From an uncultured Planctomycetaceae bacterium (lineage in GTDB: Bacteria; Planctomycetota; Planctomycetia; Isosphaerales; Isosphaeraceae): DNA of 64,000 nucleotides. The position numbers were made by a program, and so were the translations under genes. The number at the start of each line of letters is the position of its first letter. Position 1 is the stretch's first letter. Shown here one piece after another: positions 9,216-20,769 of the stretch. Below the pieces are notes generated by a model, which was not told where the DNA came from, made no database searches, and worked only from the letters and a program-made list of their open reading frames with translations. Where the stretch lies: contig CAWCPP010000008.1 in NCBI GenBank assembly GCA_963797295.1, forward strand, positions 72,545 to 136,544, in the 5' to 3' direction.

Positions 9216-11964
9216 TCAGTAATTGCTTCCGCGCAGGGGTGGGCCGTAGCCGTGTAACGGAAGCCAGTACGTGTCGGTTGGAATATTGTCGCCGGGCCGG
9301 TAATAACCCAGGTCGTATTGAGCTTCCCAGGGGGGATCCATGATGAGGTTGTAAGGCCAAGCAATGATCTGCAAGCCCATCAGACCGGCGGAGAAGAATG
9401 GTTGGAGCATCTGATTGCGCTGGGTGGACTGGGTGGGGTCGTCGACCGGATAGGTCAAGAAGCGTCCGAGCGGTCCGACGAACTGTTCGACACTGTGTCC
9501 ATAGCGCTCCAGAACAGGGTCCTGGAAGTAAAGCGGCAGATGGCAAGTGGCGGCGGCGGCCCAGTATTTGCGCTGAGGTGCCCAGTTCCGCGGGGCCAGG
9601 GGAACCCAGTCTTCGGGGACGGGAATGGCTTTGATCGGCCGGGCCTCGGCCGGGCTGGGTGCGCGGCTGATGTCCAGTTGCGTCTGGGTTCGGAGATCCG
9701 AAGACGTCGTGTCGCGTGGAGCAGCCGTCGGAGGAGGCACGGGTTTTGCATCCGACTGTTTAGTTCGTCTTCCTGGCGGCGAGCGATTCTCTCGACCTCA
9801 CGCTTTAGCTCCGGTCGAAGCGTCGAGGGTGGCAAAGGGCGTTCTGGAATGGCGTCGTCTAGCGGTCCTGGGCGCAACCGGCCGGTCGAGCGCCGGCGGC
9901 AGCGTCGAAGCGTCTGGCGCTGGTTCGGCGACGGCCGCAGCGGTTGCTGCCGGTTCTGGTTGCAGGTTGGGATTCGTGGTTGGGAACGGCTGGGTTGCCG
10001 GGGCGATCGGTCCGGCATTCGTGTCTGACGCCAGGAAGCGGTGGAAGCTCGGCGCCGGTCGGATCTGGCGCCGCGGCCGCTGGACCGTTGGTGGCCAAGA
10101 CGCCCGTTGCGACTGGGGCGGCGGTCGGGGACGAACCTGCGTCAGCCTTGGGGGCTGCCCCATCGATGCCCGTTACGCGCGGGATGTGAATCTCCACCTA
10201 CCGGGAGAGGTGCCGACGACTCTTGTCTGGCTTCACCGCTAGCGATCTCCCCTGGCTGAGCGGGCTGTTCATTGCCTGTTGAAGCCGGAGCCGGCAACGA
10301 GGTCGGCGAATCGAGCGCGTGGCGCTGGTGTCGCCGACGCAGGGCTGGCCGAGTCGGAGCGACCGAGATTGGCCGGCAGCGGAGGGAGGTCATCGTCGTG
10401 CGCTGACGTCTGCTGAACCGGCGAAGAGGCCGGTTGTGCCGCAGGTTCGTTCGCGACGGTGGCAGACGGGTTAGTACGACCGAGACTAGCGGGCAGCGGA
10501 GGTAATCTCGTCGCCCTCGCCCGCCGAGGCCGGCACGGGTTCGGGTGTGGCGGCTGGTTTGGGTGACGGTGACTCTTGTGGGGCGGTGGCCGTCAAGGAT
10601 GGCATGGACTCAGGCGTGGCGGCCGGTTGTGGTTGTGGTGATGGTAACTCTTGTGCGGCGCTGGGTATCAAGGTCGGCGCGGACTCTTCACTTTCCTTAT
10701 GGCCGAGGTTGCTGGGATCAACCGCATGAGCAGCCTCGCCAGCCGTTGTCGACGATGGGATCGTCATCGGATCTTACGACTGAGCTGTTCTGGGTCGTCT
10801 TTGGTGCCGGACTCTGGTCGGCCGGGCCGGTAAGTCCGGCCGTTGTCTCCGCGGGCGTTGCCGCCGCGGTAATGGCCGGAGTCGGCGCCGTGGTGCTGTT
10901 GGCGACGGGCGCATTCACGGGTGAGGCCGGCGAAAGCGGGGCCTGCTGCGCAGCGGGCGATCGACGGCCGGCGCCGCTACGGGGGTCTGGTCGCTGGTCG
11001 GCGTTGGCATCGCGGAAACGGGGACCACCGCCGGCTTTGGAGTCGCGGTGCTCGAATTCTCGGCCCCAACCAACTGCCCCGATCCGTTTGCTTCTGTTAG
11101 ATCGGGGAGCTGTGAAACTGTGGGGATCTGCGGAGTCTCGGGTCCATTTGTCGGTCGATCGGGTTCGGAATTGCGAGGAGCGCGAGCGATCTCTGTACCA
11201 GGCGGCCGGACGCCGAAGTTCCTTTCAATGGGAATATCGTTAGTCGGATTATTAGGCGCGTTGACGCTGGCCGGCCGGACCTCCTCGACGCTGGCCAGCC
11301 GGATTGGCTCACCCTGTTCATCGCCGTCACTTCCCAGCAGGCTTGGTTGGGACGGCGTCGATTTGCTTGCCTGCGAGCTGGCGGGTTGACCTGATCGGTA
11401 TTGCGGTGATCGCGATCTCGGGGTTGGCCGGAGCAAACCGTTCGCCCGGGGCGAGCCGGTCGCTCAGGGCGTAGGGAGATTCCGTGTCGGACGCTCTGCG
11501 CAGGCCGCGCTGGGCGGTCTCGATGCCCTGCTTGAGCGCGAGTCTTCTCAGCGTCGTTGAGTTCCTTCTGACGACGCTTCCGCCTCGCGAAGAAACTTGA
11601 GGGCCCGGTCGTATTGCTGATAGCTGAGATAATCAAGCCCGTTGCGCAGCAGGTACCGGGCACCTCGCGAGACCGACATGCCGTAGAGCTGCGAGTTCGC
11701 GGCATCGCCGTTGCGGATTCGGGCGTCCGCTGTCGGTTGGCGCGGCGATCGGTCTGGCGGTGCATTGTCCGAAGCGGGCAACTGCTGGGCCGAGACCATT
11801 GAGGCCGTCAAGACGGCCCCAAGGACCGCCGTGGTCAATGCCGAAGTAGTGCGACGCAAGCCACGCCTCCTTGCTTTCCTGGGACCTGCCTGGATCAACG
11901 GCGATTCGTGCGAACAACTAACGACAATCAAACTTCCCAAGTTCCCGACCCGAACTGCTCGCAT
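9216..11964 (-). CDS. Large secreted protein: signal peptide, TPR-like segment, long Pro/Thr/Ala-rich linker, conserved C-terminal domain; several frame changes
   Basis: N-terminus is in ORF 11548..11964 (signal, NGLDYLSYQQYDRALKFLREAE). Linker pieces are in ORFs 10915..11436, 10718..10918 and 10486..10767. The C-terminal domain is in ORF 9216..9740 (CHLPLYFQDPVLERYGHSVEQFVGP...WPYNLIMDPPWEAQYDLGYYRPGD). Treating this as one gene is an inference. Confidence 0.5.
10546..10688. repeat. Imperfect tandem duplication (~70-bp unit) inside the Pro/Thr-rich linker
   Basis: GTGGCGGCTGGTTTGGGTGACGGTGACTCTTGTGGGGCGGTGG... (10546) is followed by GTGGCGGCCGGTTGTGGTTGTGGTGATGGTAACTCTTGTGCGGCGCTGG... (10615). 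On the coding strand this gives QESPSPKPAATPEP / QELPSPQPQPAATPES. Confidence 0.55.
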
Positions 11965-12028
11965 TTTCTCGAGAATTGTTACCGAGCACCGACCTTTCTC
12001 GCGGCGACAAACGTGTCGCGATCGACTT

Positions 12029-13546
<1,518 letters not shown>

Positions 13547-13990
13547 CGGGAAAAGCTCCATTCCGACCCGGAAATGATGCCGGCACGACGTGACGCTCGA
13601 TCTGACTGGCGATAGGACAGACAGGATCGAAAGGACCGCGGCGCGGGATCAATCGGGTGTGGTTAGAGTTCAGGGGCCTTTCCCTAAACATTAAACCCGC
13701 CGCGGCGATCGCTGACAAGGGCAATCACGCGAGCGGCGGAAGCAAGTGGCTCAATCGCGAAGCCGATGAGAAAAGCCTTATCGAATTAGTCGCCCGTACG
13801 TCAGGACATGGCGTTGCCAAACGTGGCGACTCCGGTGCCCTACGAGTTATCCAACGAAATTCATGATGGAATCGTCTAGTTCAGAAAGAACTCAAAGCTC
13901 GCGCACACACCCGCCCTACGGCGAAAAACTCCCATATGGTCATATCTATTGACCTGCCATTACCTTACGTGTGACGGCTGAATAATCGGA

Positions 13991-15762
13991 GGGATCGTCC
14001 CAAAATGATCGAATGAGGCTGTTCGCAAGTTGACAGTTGGTAGGAATTTACCAGCAGAGACTTGATGTTTGAGGGGGTGGATCTCAAGTGTGTGGTTGTC
14101 AACTACTCCAACACACCAAAGAGTCCACCCCCATGCGCACCCTATCGATCGGTCAACGGATTGCCAATGCCGCCGTTGGTTTGACGGGCACCTACGGCGC
14201 TGTTACCAACCAGGCCAAGCAGACCGGCTGCAGCCGCCAGTGCATCTACGACCATACCCAAAAGGTCGTGGAAGCTGTCGAAGCCCAACACCGTGGCGGG
14301 CCGACCCTCGAGGAAGCGGTCTGCGAGAACAATATCCTTCGCCGGGAGAACGCCGAACTGTGGAACTGGTTATTCCAGACCATCGAGTTTCCGCTGCTCA
14401 CGCAACAGAGATTCACAGCCGTAGCGCGGAGCATGGGTATCAGCCTCAATCAAACCCTCGTCTTACTGGGCATCCTTCTGGGTGCTCGGGCAGTGCCGAG
14501 CCGGTCGACGATTCATCGCTGGGCCCAAGCCGCCGATGCAGCCGCGGGCGTGGTTCTCAAGCGACTGGATCGCGCCTGTCAGACGTTGGTCCTGGTGGGC
14601 TGTCTCGATGAGATTTTCTTCCGGCGCCAACCGGTCTTGGTGGGGATCGAGCCCATGAGCATGGTGTGGTTTCTGGGGAAAAAGGTGGCCAGTCATAATG
14701 GTTTGACCTGGTTTGCGGAATTGCAGCCCTGGACGTCATTGAGCTATGTGACATCCGACGCGGGCGCCGGACTCAAGGCGGGAATCGCCCGGATGCAAAA
14801 GCTCCGAGACCAGACCAACCAAGTTTCTCTGGAGAAGGGGCTGGATGTCTTCCACACCAAGCGGGAAGGCCAACGGGCATTGAGAGTGGTATGGATGCGG
14901 GTGGAACAGGCATGGAACCGGGCCGATGCAGCCGATCGAGCCCTCAAGCAGGCCCGATGGCAGGGCCGTGGCGAGCGAAAGTTAACGCAGCAGGTTCATG
15001 AGGCTTGGACGAAGGCGTTTAGTGCTTTCAAACTGTATGAGAAGAGAGAAGCGGTTTGGATAGGGGCCCACTCGGCGTTGGATGTCTTTCGTCCCGATGG
15101 TCAACTCAACGATCGCGCTCGGCGCAAGAGCAAGTCACGTGGGCGTTGTCGCGGCTTCCGGGATCGGAATGGTCCAAGGTCCGCAGGCTTCTTCAGAATA
15201 AGGAGTCATTCACATTCTTGGATCGCTTGCACGACCAGTTGGATCAACTGTCGCTGCCCGAAACGTCGCGTGACGCCTTTGTACGGTTATGGTGGTTGCG
15301 GCGGCAAGTGCCCAGGAAATCGTCCGAGACGGCGGTCGGAGGTTATGGCCAAGCGGCTGCTGTGGTGCAGCAAGTTCTCTGTGCCAAGTTGGACCCGAAC
15401 TGGCGTGAATCGTATCGTCAACTCGCGACCGTATTGCGTCAGACGGTGCGGGCCAGCAGCGCGGTGGAGTGCATGAACAGCGTCGTGCGAATGCATCAGT
15501 CGCGGCATCGGACACTGACGCAAGAGATGCTCGACCTGAAACGCCTGTACTGGAACACTCGCGTGTTTCGCGCGGGGAAGCGAAAAGGCCTCTGTCCTTA
15601 TGAACACTTAGGCATTATGCTGCCGAGCTACGACTTCTGGGACTTGCTCCAGCCTGAGCTAGCCTCAGCGTTCGCGAGCACCAAAGCCAAGGCAAAAAGC
15701 CAAGCCCTCGCAGCTTGACATAAACAGTGTCAAGTTAGGATTTTGCGATTTGGGACGATCCC
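13991..15762 (+). mobile_element. IS element copy A (1772 bp), family not assigned
   Basis: 14-bp perfect terminal inverted repeats GGGATCGTCCCAAA (13991-14004) and TTTGGGACGATCCC (15749-15762). The 8-bp direct target duplication TAATCGGA lies at 13983-13990 and 15763-15770. Copy B is nearly identical. Confidence 0.85.
14133..15718 (+). CDS. DDE-type transposase of IS copy A, one frame change near 15120
   Basis: MRTLSIGQRIANAAVGLTGTYGAV.. CLDEIFFRRQPVLVGIEP.. VTSDAGAGLKAGIA.. in ORF 14088..15476. It continues in ORF 15056..15718 (..SAVECMNSVVRMHQSRHRTLTQEMLDLKRLYWNTRVFRAGKRKGLCPYEHLG). Adding one G to the GG run at about 15120 joins ..DGQLNDRAR to AQEQVTWAL. Confidence 0.75.
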
Positions 15763-15890
15763 TAATCGGAACAATAACTTATGCCGCAACCCCAGGCGAC
15801 ACAAGGAGTTCCGTGTGACGCCTGATTAATCGGCACAGTTTGTCGTGTCGACGTATACCTTGAACTTTCAATAAGTTATGGCGTGACGCC

Positions 15891-17684
15891 GTAACACCTC
15901 AATAACCGCGGGCAATGACGTCGTCCGGCTCTTCGGCGCGCACGGATGGCGCAGAAGAAATCGTGGAATGATTGCTTCGGCGTTCATCCCACCGCGTCGC
16001 CATCCGCCTACGCCTGCGACGCGGCCACGGCCTTCCTGGCCGCCATCTCCTTGGCCTTCTGGCGGATCAGGTCCGCCAAGCGGGGGATTTGGCCTTCGCC
16101 CCGCACTCGGTCTTGCAGATAGTCCCAGAAGTTGACTCCCAATCGCCGACACGTCTTTTTTAGGCTCGCGAACGTGTCTCGAGCCGCGCGCCCCAAGTCA
16201 CTCCGGGTGCTACCGCTAATCTTCCGCTTTTTGACGTAGTCTCGGAGATGGCCTTCGCTCAGGTTGTTGTGCAGCGGGACCTCGGGTCGGTCAAGGACCA
16301 GCAGCAAAGCGGCCCGGTGCGAGCGCATCGTCTTGAGCACGCCGTCAATGCTTGGAAAACCGGTCCGCTGCGCACACAACGCGTCGAAGCGGGCTTCGAG
16401 ATCGGATCGCCGGGACGGCTCGGGCCCTTGCCGATACTCCTTCAGGTCCTGATACAGTTCCCAGATTTGCCCTCGCACTTTCGCGATGGCCGCCGCGTGT
16501 TCGTCACTGTATGCAATCAAGCGCACCAAGGGGCGTTCCGCGTGCAGCCAGCAGGCCGCATGCACCAAGACATCGTACTGCTCGGCGCCATCGCTGAGGA
16601 TCACCAACTCAGGAGACACCCCATGAGCGATCAGGCTTCCCAGCAACGCTCCCTCGGTGGCGATTTGGATATGCCGCGGTTGGGTGATCCCTAACTGCCG
16701 CAATCGGCTTCGCCAAGCGGTCGAGTCCGCGAACGCTTTTGGGCCCCGGCGGAGCTTGTGAATCACCTTTGCCGGCAGCCTCTGCCGCTGCCAATGAGCT
16801 ACCGCTTGCTTGTTGATCCGGTAGTCCGTGTGCGGGCGCCGGAGGATATCCAAGAAGTTGACCCGGCTCTTGCTCTGGGTGCTGGCGAAGAAGGCGAACA
16901 ACTCGTTTCCGATGTGGGTGCAAGAACCATTATGCCCCTGATGCCGCGCCCCGGTGTCGTCCACCTGAACGTAACTCGAGACCGCCAAGCCTGTCGGCAA
17001 GAGTTCGGCCTTCTCCTGGTGAAAGGTGTCCTTTCCCTCCGTCAGGATGCGGCTGAGTTCGCCAGCCGATATATCAATGCCCAGTTGTCGCAACTGTTCC
17101 AGCAGCAACGGTTGAGTTACGTGCTGGTTGTGGTATTGGTGCAAGACGTAACAAATCAGGTCCGGTCCAAAGTGGCTACCGGGGAGAACATCAGCGGGGA
17201 GGGGAGCTACCACGTTTTGCCCATCGGGCGTCAACCAGCGTTCGCGGCGGTAGCGGGTGACGCAGGGCTTGAGCTCCAGGTCCTGAACAACGAAGTCCTC
17301 GTAGCCCCTGAAGATTGACCCGGGTGGCTTGTCGACGAGGGGAATGATTTTCTCGGCCGTGATAATCAATTCAGCAGTCTTGGATCGCTTGGCAGAGCCA
17401 GGCCGTTTCGCATTGGAGTCGCGCGGTGGGCGGGGCCTCGTCTCCAGCGTACTGGGGGCGATCCGAGGGCGGGCCTTGAGGCCCTTGAGGCGGGCAATCT
17501 CGTCTTCCAGTTGATGAACACGGTCTTCGAGCTGCTCGATGCGCTCATGCTGGAGATAGATGATCTCCAATAACTGCCGCACCAAGGGCGTGCATTCAGC
17601 GTCAGGAATGTCGGGCAAAACCAGGCGCATGGTCTGATTCTACCAACTGGCCAGACCTTTTGCCCGGTGTTTTGGAGATGATTC
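15891..17684 (-). mobile_element. IS66-family element with a single transposase ORF (ISBst12-like organisation)
   Basis: Left end GTAACACCTCAATAACCGCGGGCAA versus the reverse complement of the right end GAATCATCTCCAAAACACCGGGCAA gives 18/25 matches ungapped. The element starts GTAA as in IS66-type IRs. The 8-bp duplication GTGACGCC lies at 15883-15890 and 17685-17692. Confidence 0.65.
16008..17630 (-). CDS. IS66-family transposase
   Basis: Intact 540-aa ORF with an N-terminal leucine-zipper-like region (LQHERIEQLEDRVHQLEDEIARLKGL), VQVDDTGARHQG, and the C-terminal HNNLSEGHLRDYVKKRKISGSTRS..GVNFWDYLQDR motif typical of IS66 TnpC-type proteins. Confidence 0.85.
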   Translation of the reverse strand: MRLVLPDIPDAECTPLVRQLLEIIYLQHERIEQLEDRVHQLEDEIARLKGLKARPRIAPSTLETRPRPPRDSNAKRPGSAKRSKTAELIITAEKIIPLVDKPPGSIFRGYEDFVVQDLELKPCVTRYRRERWLTPDGQNVVAPLPADVLPGSHFGPDLICYVLHQYHNQHVTQPLLLEQLRQLGIDISAGELSRILTEGKDTFHQEKAELLPTGLAVSSYVQVDDTGARHQGHNGSCTHIGNELFAFFASTQSKSRVNFLDILRRPHTDYRINKQAVAHWQRQRLPAKVIHKLRRGPKAFADSTAWRSRLRQLGITQPRHIQIATEGALLGSLIAHGVSPELVILSDGAEQYDVLVHAACWLHAERPLVRLIAYSDEHAAAIAKVRGQIWELYQDLKEYRQGPEPSRRSDLEARFDALCAQRTGFPSIDGVLKTMRSHRAALLLVLDRPEVPLHNNLSEGHLRDYVKKRKISGSTRSDLGRAARDTFASLKKTCRRLGVNFWDYLQDRVRGEGQIPRLADLIRQKAKEMAARKAVAASQA

Positions 17685-17786
17685 GTGACGCCTGAGTAAT
17701 CGGTACAGTTTAAACGAAACGGCATATCTTATTTATATACAGAAACTTACAGCGTGACGCCTGACTAACCGGCATAACTTGTTCGA

Positions 17787-19558
17787 GGGATCGTCCCAAA
17801 ATGATCGAATGAGGCTGTTCGCAAGTTGACAGTTGGTAGGAATTTACCAGCAGAGACTTGATGTTTGAGGGGGTGGATCTCAAGTGTGTGGTTGTCAACT
17901 ACTCCAACACACCAAAGAGTCCACCCCCATGCGCACCCTATCGATCGGTCAACGGATTGCCAATGCCGCCGTTGGTTTGACGGGCACCTACGGCGCTGTT
18001 ACCAACCAGGCCAAGCAGACCGGCTGGCAGCCGCCAGTGCATCTACGACCATACCCAAAAGGTCGTGGAAGCTGTCGAAGCCCAACACCGTGGCGGGCCG
18101 ACCCTCGAGGAAGCGGTCTGCGAGAACAATATCCTTCGCCGGGAGAACGCCGAACTGTGGAACTGGTTATTCCAGACCATCGAGTTTCCGCTGCTCACGC
18201 AACAGAGATTCACAGCCGTAGCGCGGAGCATGGGTATCAGCCTCAATCAAACCCTCGTCTTACTGGGCATCCTTCTGGGTGCTCGGGCAGTGCCGAGCCG
18301 GTCGACGATTCATCGCTGGGCCCAAGCCGCCGATGCAGCCGCGGGCGTGGTTCTCAAGCGACTGGATCGCGCCTGTCAGACGTTGGTCCTGGTGGGCTGT
18401 CTCGATGAGATTTTCTTCCGGCGCCAACCGGTCTTGGTGGGGATCGAGCCCATGAGCATGGTGTGGTTTCTGGGGAAAAAGGTGGCCAGTCATAATGGTT
18501 TGACCTGGTTTGCGGAATTGCAGCCCTGGACGTCATTGAGCTATGTGACATCCGACGCGGGCGCCGGACTCAAGGCGGGAATCGCCCGGATGCAAAAGCT
18601 CCGAGACCAGACCAACCAAGTTTCTCTGGAGAAGGGGCTGGATGTCTTCCACACCAAGCGGGAAGGCCAACGTGCATTGAGAGTGGTATGGATGCGGGTG
18701 GAACAGGCATGGAACCGGGCCGATGCAGCCGATCGAGCCCTCAAGCAGGCCCGATGGCAGGGCCGTGGCGAGCGAAAGTTAACGCAGCAGGTTCATGAGG
18801 CTTGGACGAAGGCGTTTAGTGCTTTCAAACTGTATGAGAAGAGAGAAGCGGTTTGGATACGGGCCCACTCGGCGTTGGATGTCTTTCGTCCCGATGGTCA
18901 ACTCAACGATCGCGCTTGGCGCAAGAGCAAGTCACGTGGGCGTTGTCGCGGCTTCCGGGATCGGAATGGTCCAAGGTCCGCAGGCTTCTTCAGAATAAGG
19001 AGTCATTCACATTCTTGGATCGCTTGCACGACCAGTTGGATCGACTGTCGCTGCCCGAAACGTCGCGTGACGCCTTGGTACGGTTATGGTGGTTGCGGCG
19101 GCAAGTGCCCAGGAAATCGTCCGAGACGGCGGTCGGAGGTTATGGCCAAGCGGCTGCTGTGGTGCAGCAAGTTCTCTGTGCCAAGTTGGACCCGAACTGG
19201 CGTGAATCGTATCGTCAACTCGCGACCGTATTGCGTCAGACGGTGCGGGCCAGCAGCGCGGTGGAGTGCATGAACAGCGTCGTGCGAATGCATCAGTCGC
19301 GGCATCGGACACTGACGCAAGAGATGCTCGACCTGAAACGCCTGTACTGGAACACTCGCGTGTTTGCGCGGGGAAGCGAAAAGGCCTCTGTCCTTATGAA
19401 CACTTAGGCCTTATGCTGCCGAGCTACGACTTCTGGGACTTGCTCCAGCCTGAGCTAGCCTCAGCGTTCGCGAGCGCCAAAGCCAAGGCAAAAAGCCAAG
19501 CCCTCGCAGCTTGACATAAACAGTGTCAAGTTAGGATTTTGCGATTTGGGACGATCCC
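17787..19558 (+). mobile_element. IS element copy B (1772 bp), same family as copy A
   Basis: Same 14-bp IRs as copy A. The 8-bp duplication TTGTTCGA lies at 17779-17786 and 19559-19566. I counted about nine differences from copy A by eye: seven substitutions, an extra G near 18025 and a missing C near 19368. Confidence 0.85.
17929..19514 (+). CDS. Transposase of IS copy B, three frame changes as sequenced
   Basis: The protein matches copy A but is split over ORFs 17884..18408, 18065..19273, 18853..19407 and 19266..19514. It shares the junction near 18918 with copy A and has two private indels. Confidence 0.65.
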
Positions 19559-19639
19559 TTGTTCGAGAGACTGAATACGCCGCAAGTGATTTGTTGCTAA
19601 GAGTTTCGCGCGTGACGCCTGAAGAATAGGAGCGATGCG

Positions 19640-20020
19640 TTACAAGCCCCCGGGGGCCAAGGCGGTACTCCTCTCGACTTGATGGCACAATGGTGTGACG
19701 CTCACAAGGTTGAGGTTTTGGCATACCGTCTGATGCCGAATCATGTCCATCTGATAGCAGTTCCTGAAACTTCGGACGGTTTGAGACGGGCGATTGGAGA
19801 GGTCCACCGCCGTTACACTCGGATGGTCAACTTTCGCGAGGGCTGTGCGGACATCTCTGGCGGGGTCGGTTTGCCTCATTCGTGCTCGACGAGCCTTATT
19901 TGCTGACCGTTGCGCGATGCCCAACCACTTTGCCTGGCTCTTGGCCACGCGAGAATGGGGATTCTGAGCCGCTGAATGCACTGGCTGAGTCTGCCGCTGT
20001 TTCAGATCAACTCCGATCGC
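19640..20020 (+). pseudogene. REP-associated tyrosine transposase (RAYT, IS200-like Y1 family) remnant, N-terminally truncated and frameshifted
   Basis: ..LDLMAQWCDAHKVEVLAYRLMPNHVHLIAVPETSDGLRRAIGEVHRRYTRMVNFREG carries the HUH motif HVHLI at 19742-19756. It continues one frame over as GHLWRGRFASFVLDEPYLLTVAR. The roughly 40 N-terminal residues and a clean C-terminus are missing. Confidence 0.6.
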
Positions 20021-20384
20021 CAACGCGGCTCAAGAACCGCGCGTCCCTCCGTCCGCGACGTGCTTTGCGGTCCCCGGTTCTCGTCAATCGTTCTGCTTTT
20101 GTTGTGGCTGAGGCTTCGTGAATCAGTCTCATCCGATGGTCGGGACAGATCGCCGCTCGATCCGAATGCGCAGCCGTACTCAGAAAGGTCGCGTTTAATC
20201 GAAGCCACCGCAGGACCTCCCTGGCCACATCACCTGTCAACCACAAATCTCCTTCATGGTCGGCGCCGCAATTGGCAAACCCGAGGCGGAGCCGGGGCTC
20301 GACGGTTCCTTGCTCAAGAACGGCGTAGGTCAACAACTCCGGGTTGATCAAATAGTCACCCACTGCCAGGAATTGCTTCGCCAT
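20007..20384 (-). CDS. Hypothetical small protein
   Basis: ATG 20384 is preceded by GGGAGA. Translation starts MAKQFLAVGDYLINPELLTYAVLEQGTVEPRLRLGFANCGADHEGDLWLTGDVAREVLRWL... The last third looks non-protein-like, so the true stop may be earlier. Confidence 0.3.
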   Translation of the reverse strand: MAKQFLAVGDYLINPELLTYAVLEQGTVEPRLRLGFANCGADHEGDLWLTGDVAREVLRWLRLNATFLSTAAHSDRAAICPDHRMRLIHEASATTKAERLTRTGDRKARRGRRDARFLSRVGDRS

Positions 20385-20769
20385 CGATTGTCTCCCAGTT
20401 GGATGTCGCAATGTGTTCGCTTGCGGGCCAACTCCCGCGGCGACCGGAGAGGAACGAACGAAGCTGCAAGACGACAGAGACTCGCTTTCCGTGCGAGCTC
20501 CGATCACAAATCCAGGACTTATTGCCTAAAATCGGCCGGAACCGGTGATCGTTTTTCGCCTCGATGACCCTTGATCGGCCTACATCTCGCAACCGCCGGA
20601 TGCACCGGCTTGTCCGCTGATCGTGTCCCCAACAATATGAAACTCACCAGAGATCCGTCAACCTCGAAATCGATTATTCCAATCAACTTAATAGAGTATT
20701 GATCAAATCAACGTGGGAATTTCGCCCATCCTTCTTTGTATCAAAGAGTTGGGCTTCACGAATTAGAAA

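Larger units (their letters stand above)
13971..19640 (+). repeat. Array of five direct ~65-78-bp repeat units with core GTGACGCCTGAnTAATCGGnACA, interrupted by three IS elements
   Basis: Unit starts are 13971, 15815, 15883 (=17685 after removing the IS66-like element and its duplication), 17754 and 19612. After removing the ISs the spacings are 65, 68, 69 and 78 bp. Unit 1 is followed by an inverted partial copy (15778-15802, CTTATGCCGCAACCCCAGGCGACAC). The core contains a short imperfect dyad, CTGAnTAATCGG. Confidence 0.6.

Noticed and set aside
15100-15130. Programmed ribosomal frameshift in the IS transposase, because both copies share the break
   Set aside because: There is no A/T-rich slippery heptamer or downstream structure at the junction. 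The break is repaired by one G in a GG run, the same error class seen throughout the contig. This remains untested and is kept as an alternative in the findings.
13971-19640. Regularly spaced ~30-bp repeats with ~35-bp variable parts, considered as a degenerate CRISPR array
   Set aside because: The units are only roughly 70-85% alike. The spacer-like parts are themselves homologous between units (for example ATAACTT..ATGCCGCAA versus ATAACTT..ATACGCCGCAA). There are only five units, and no cas genes are in the window. A REP-like or tandem-repeat explanation next to the RAYT fits better.
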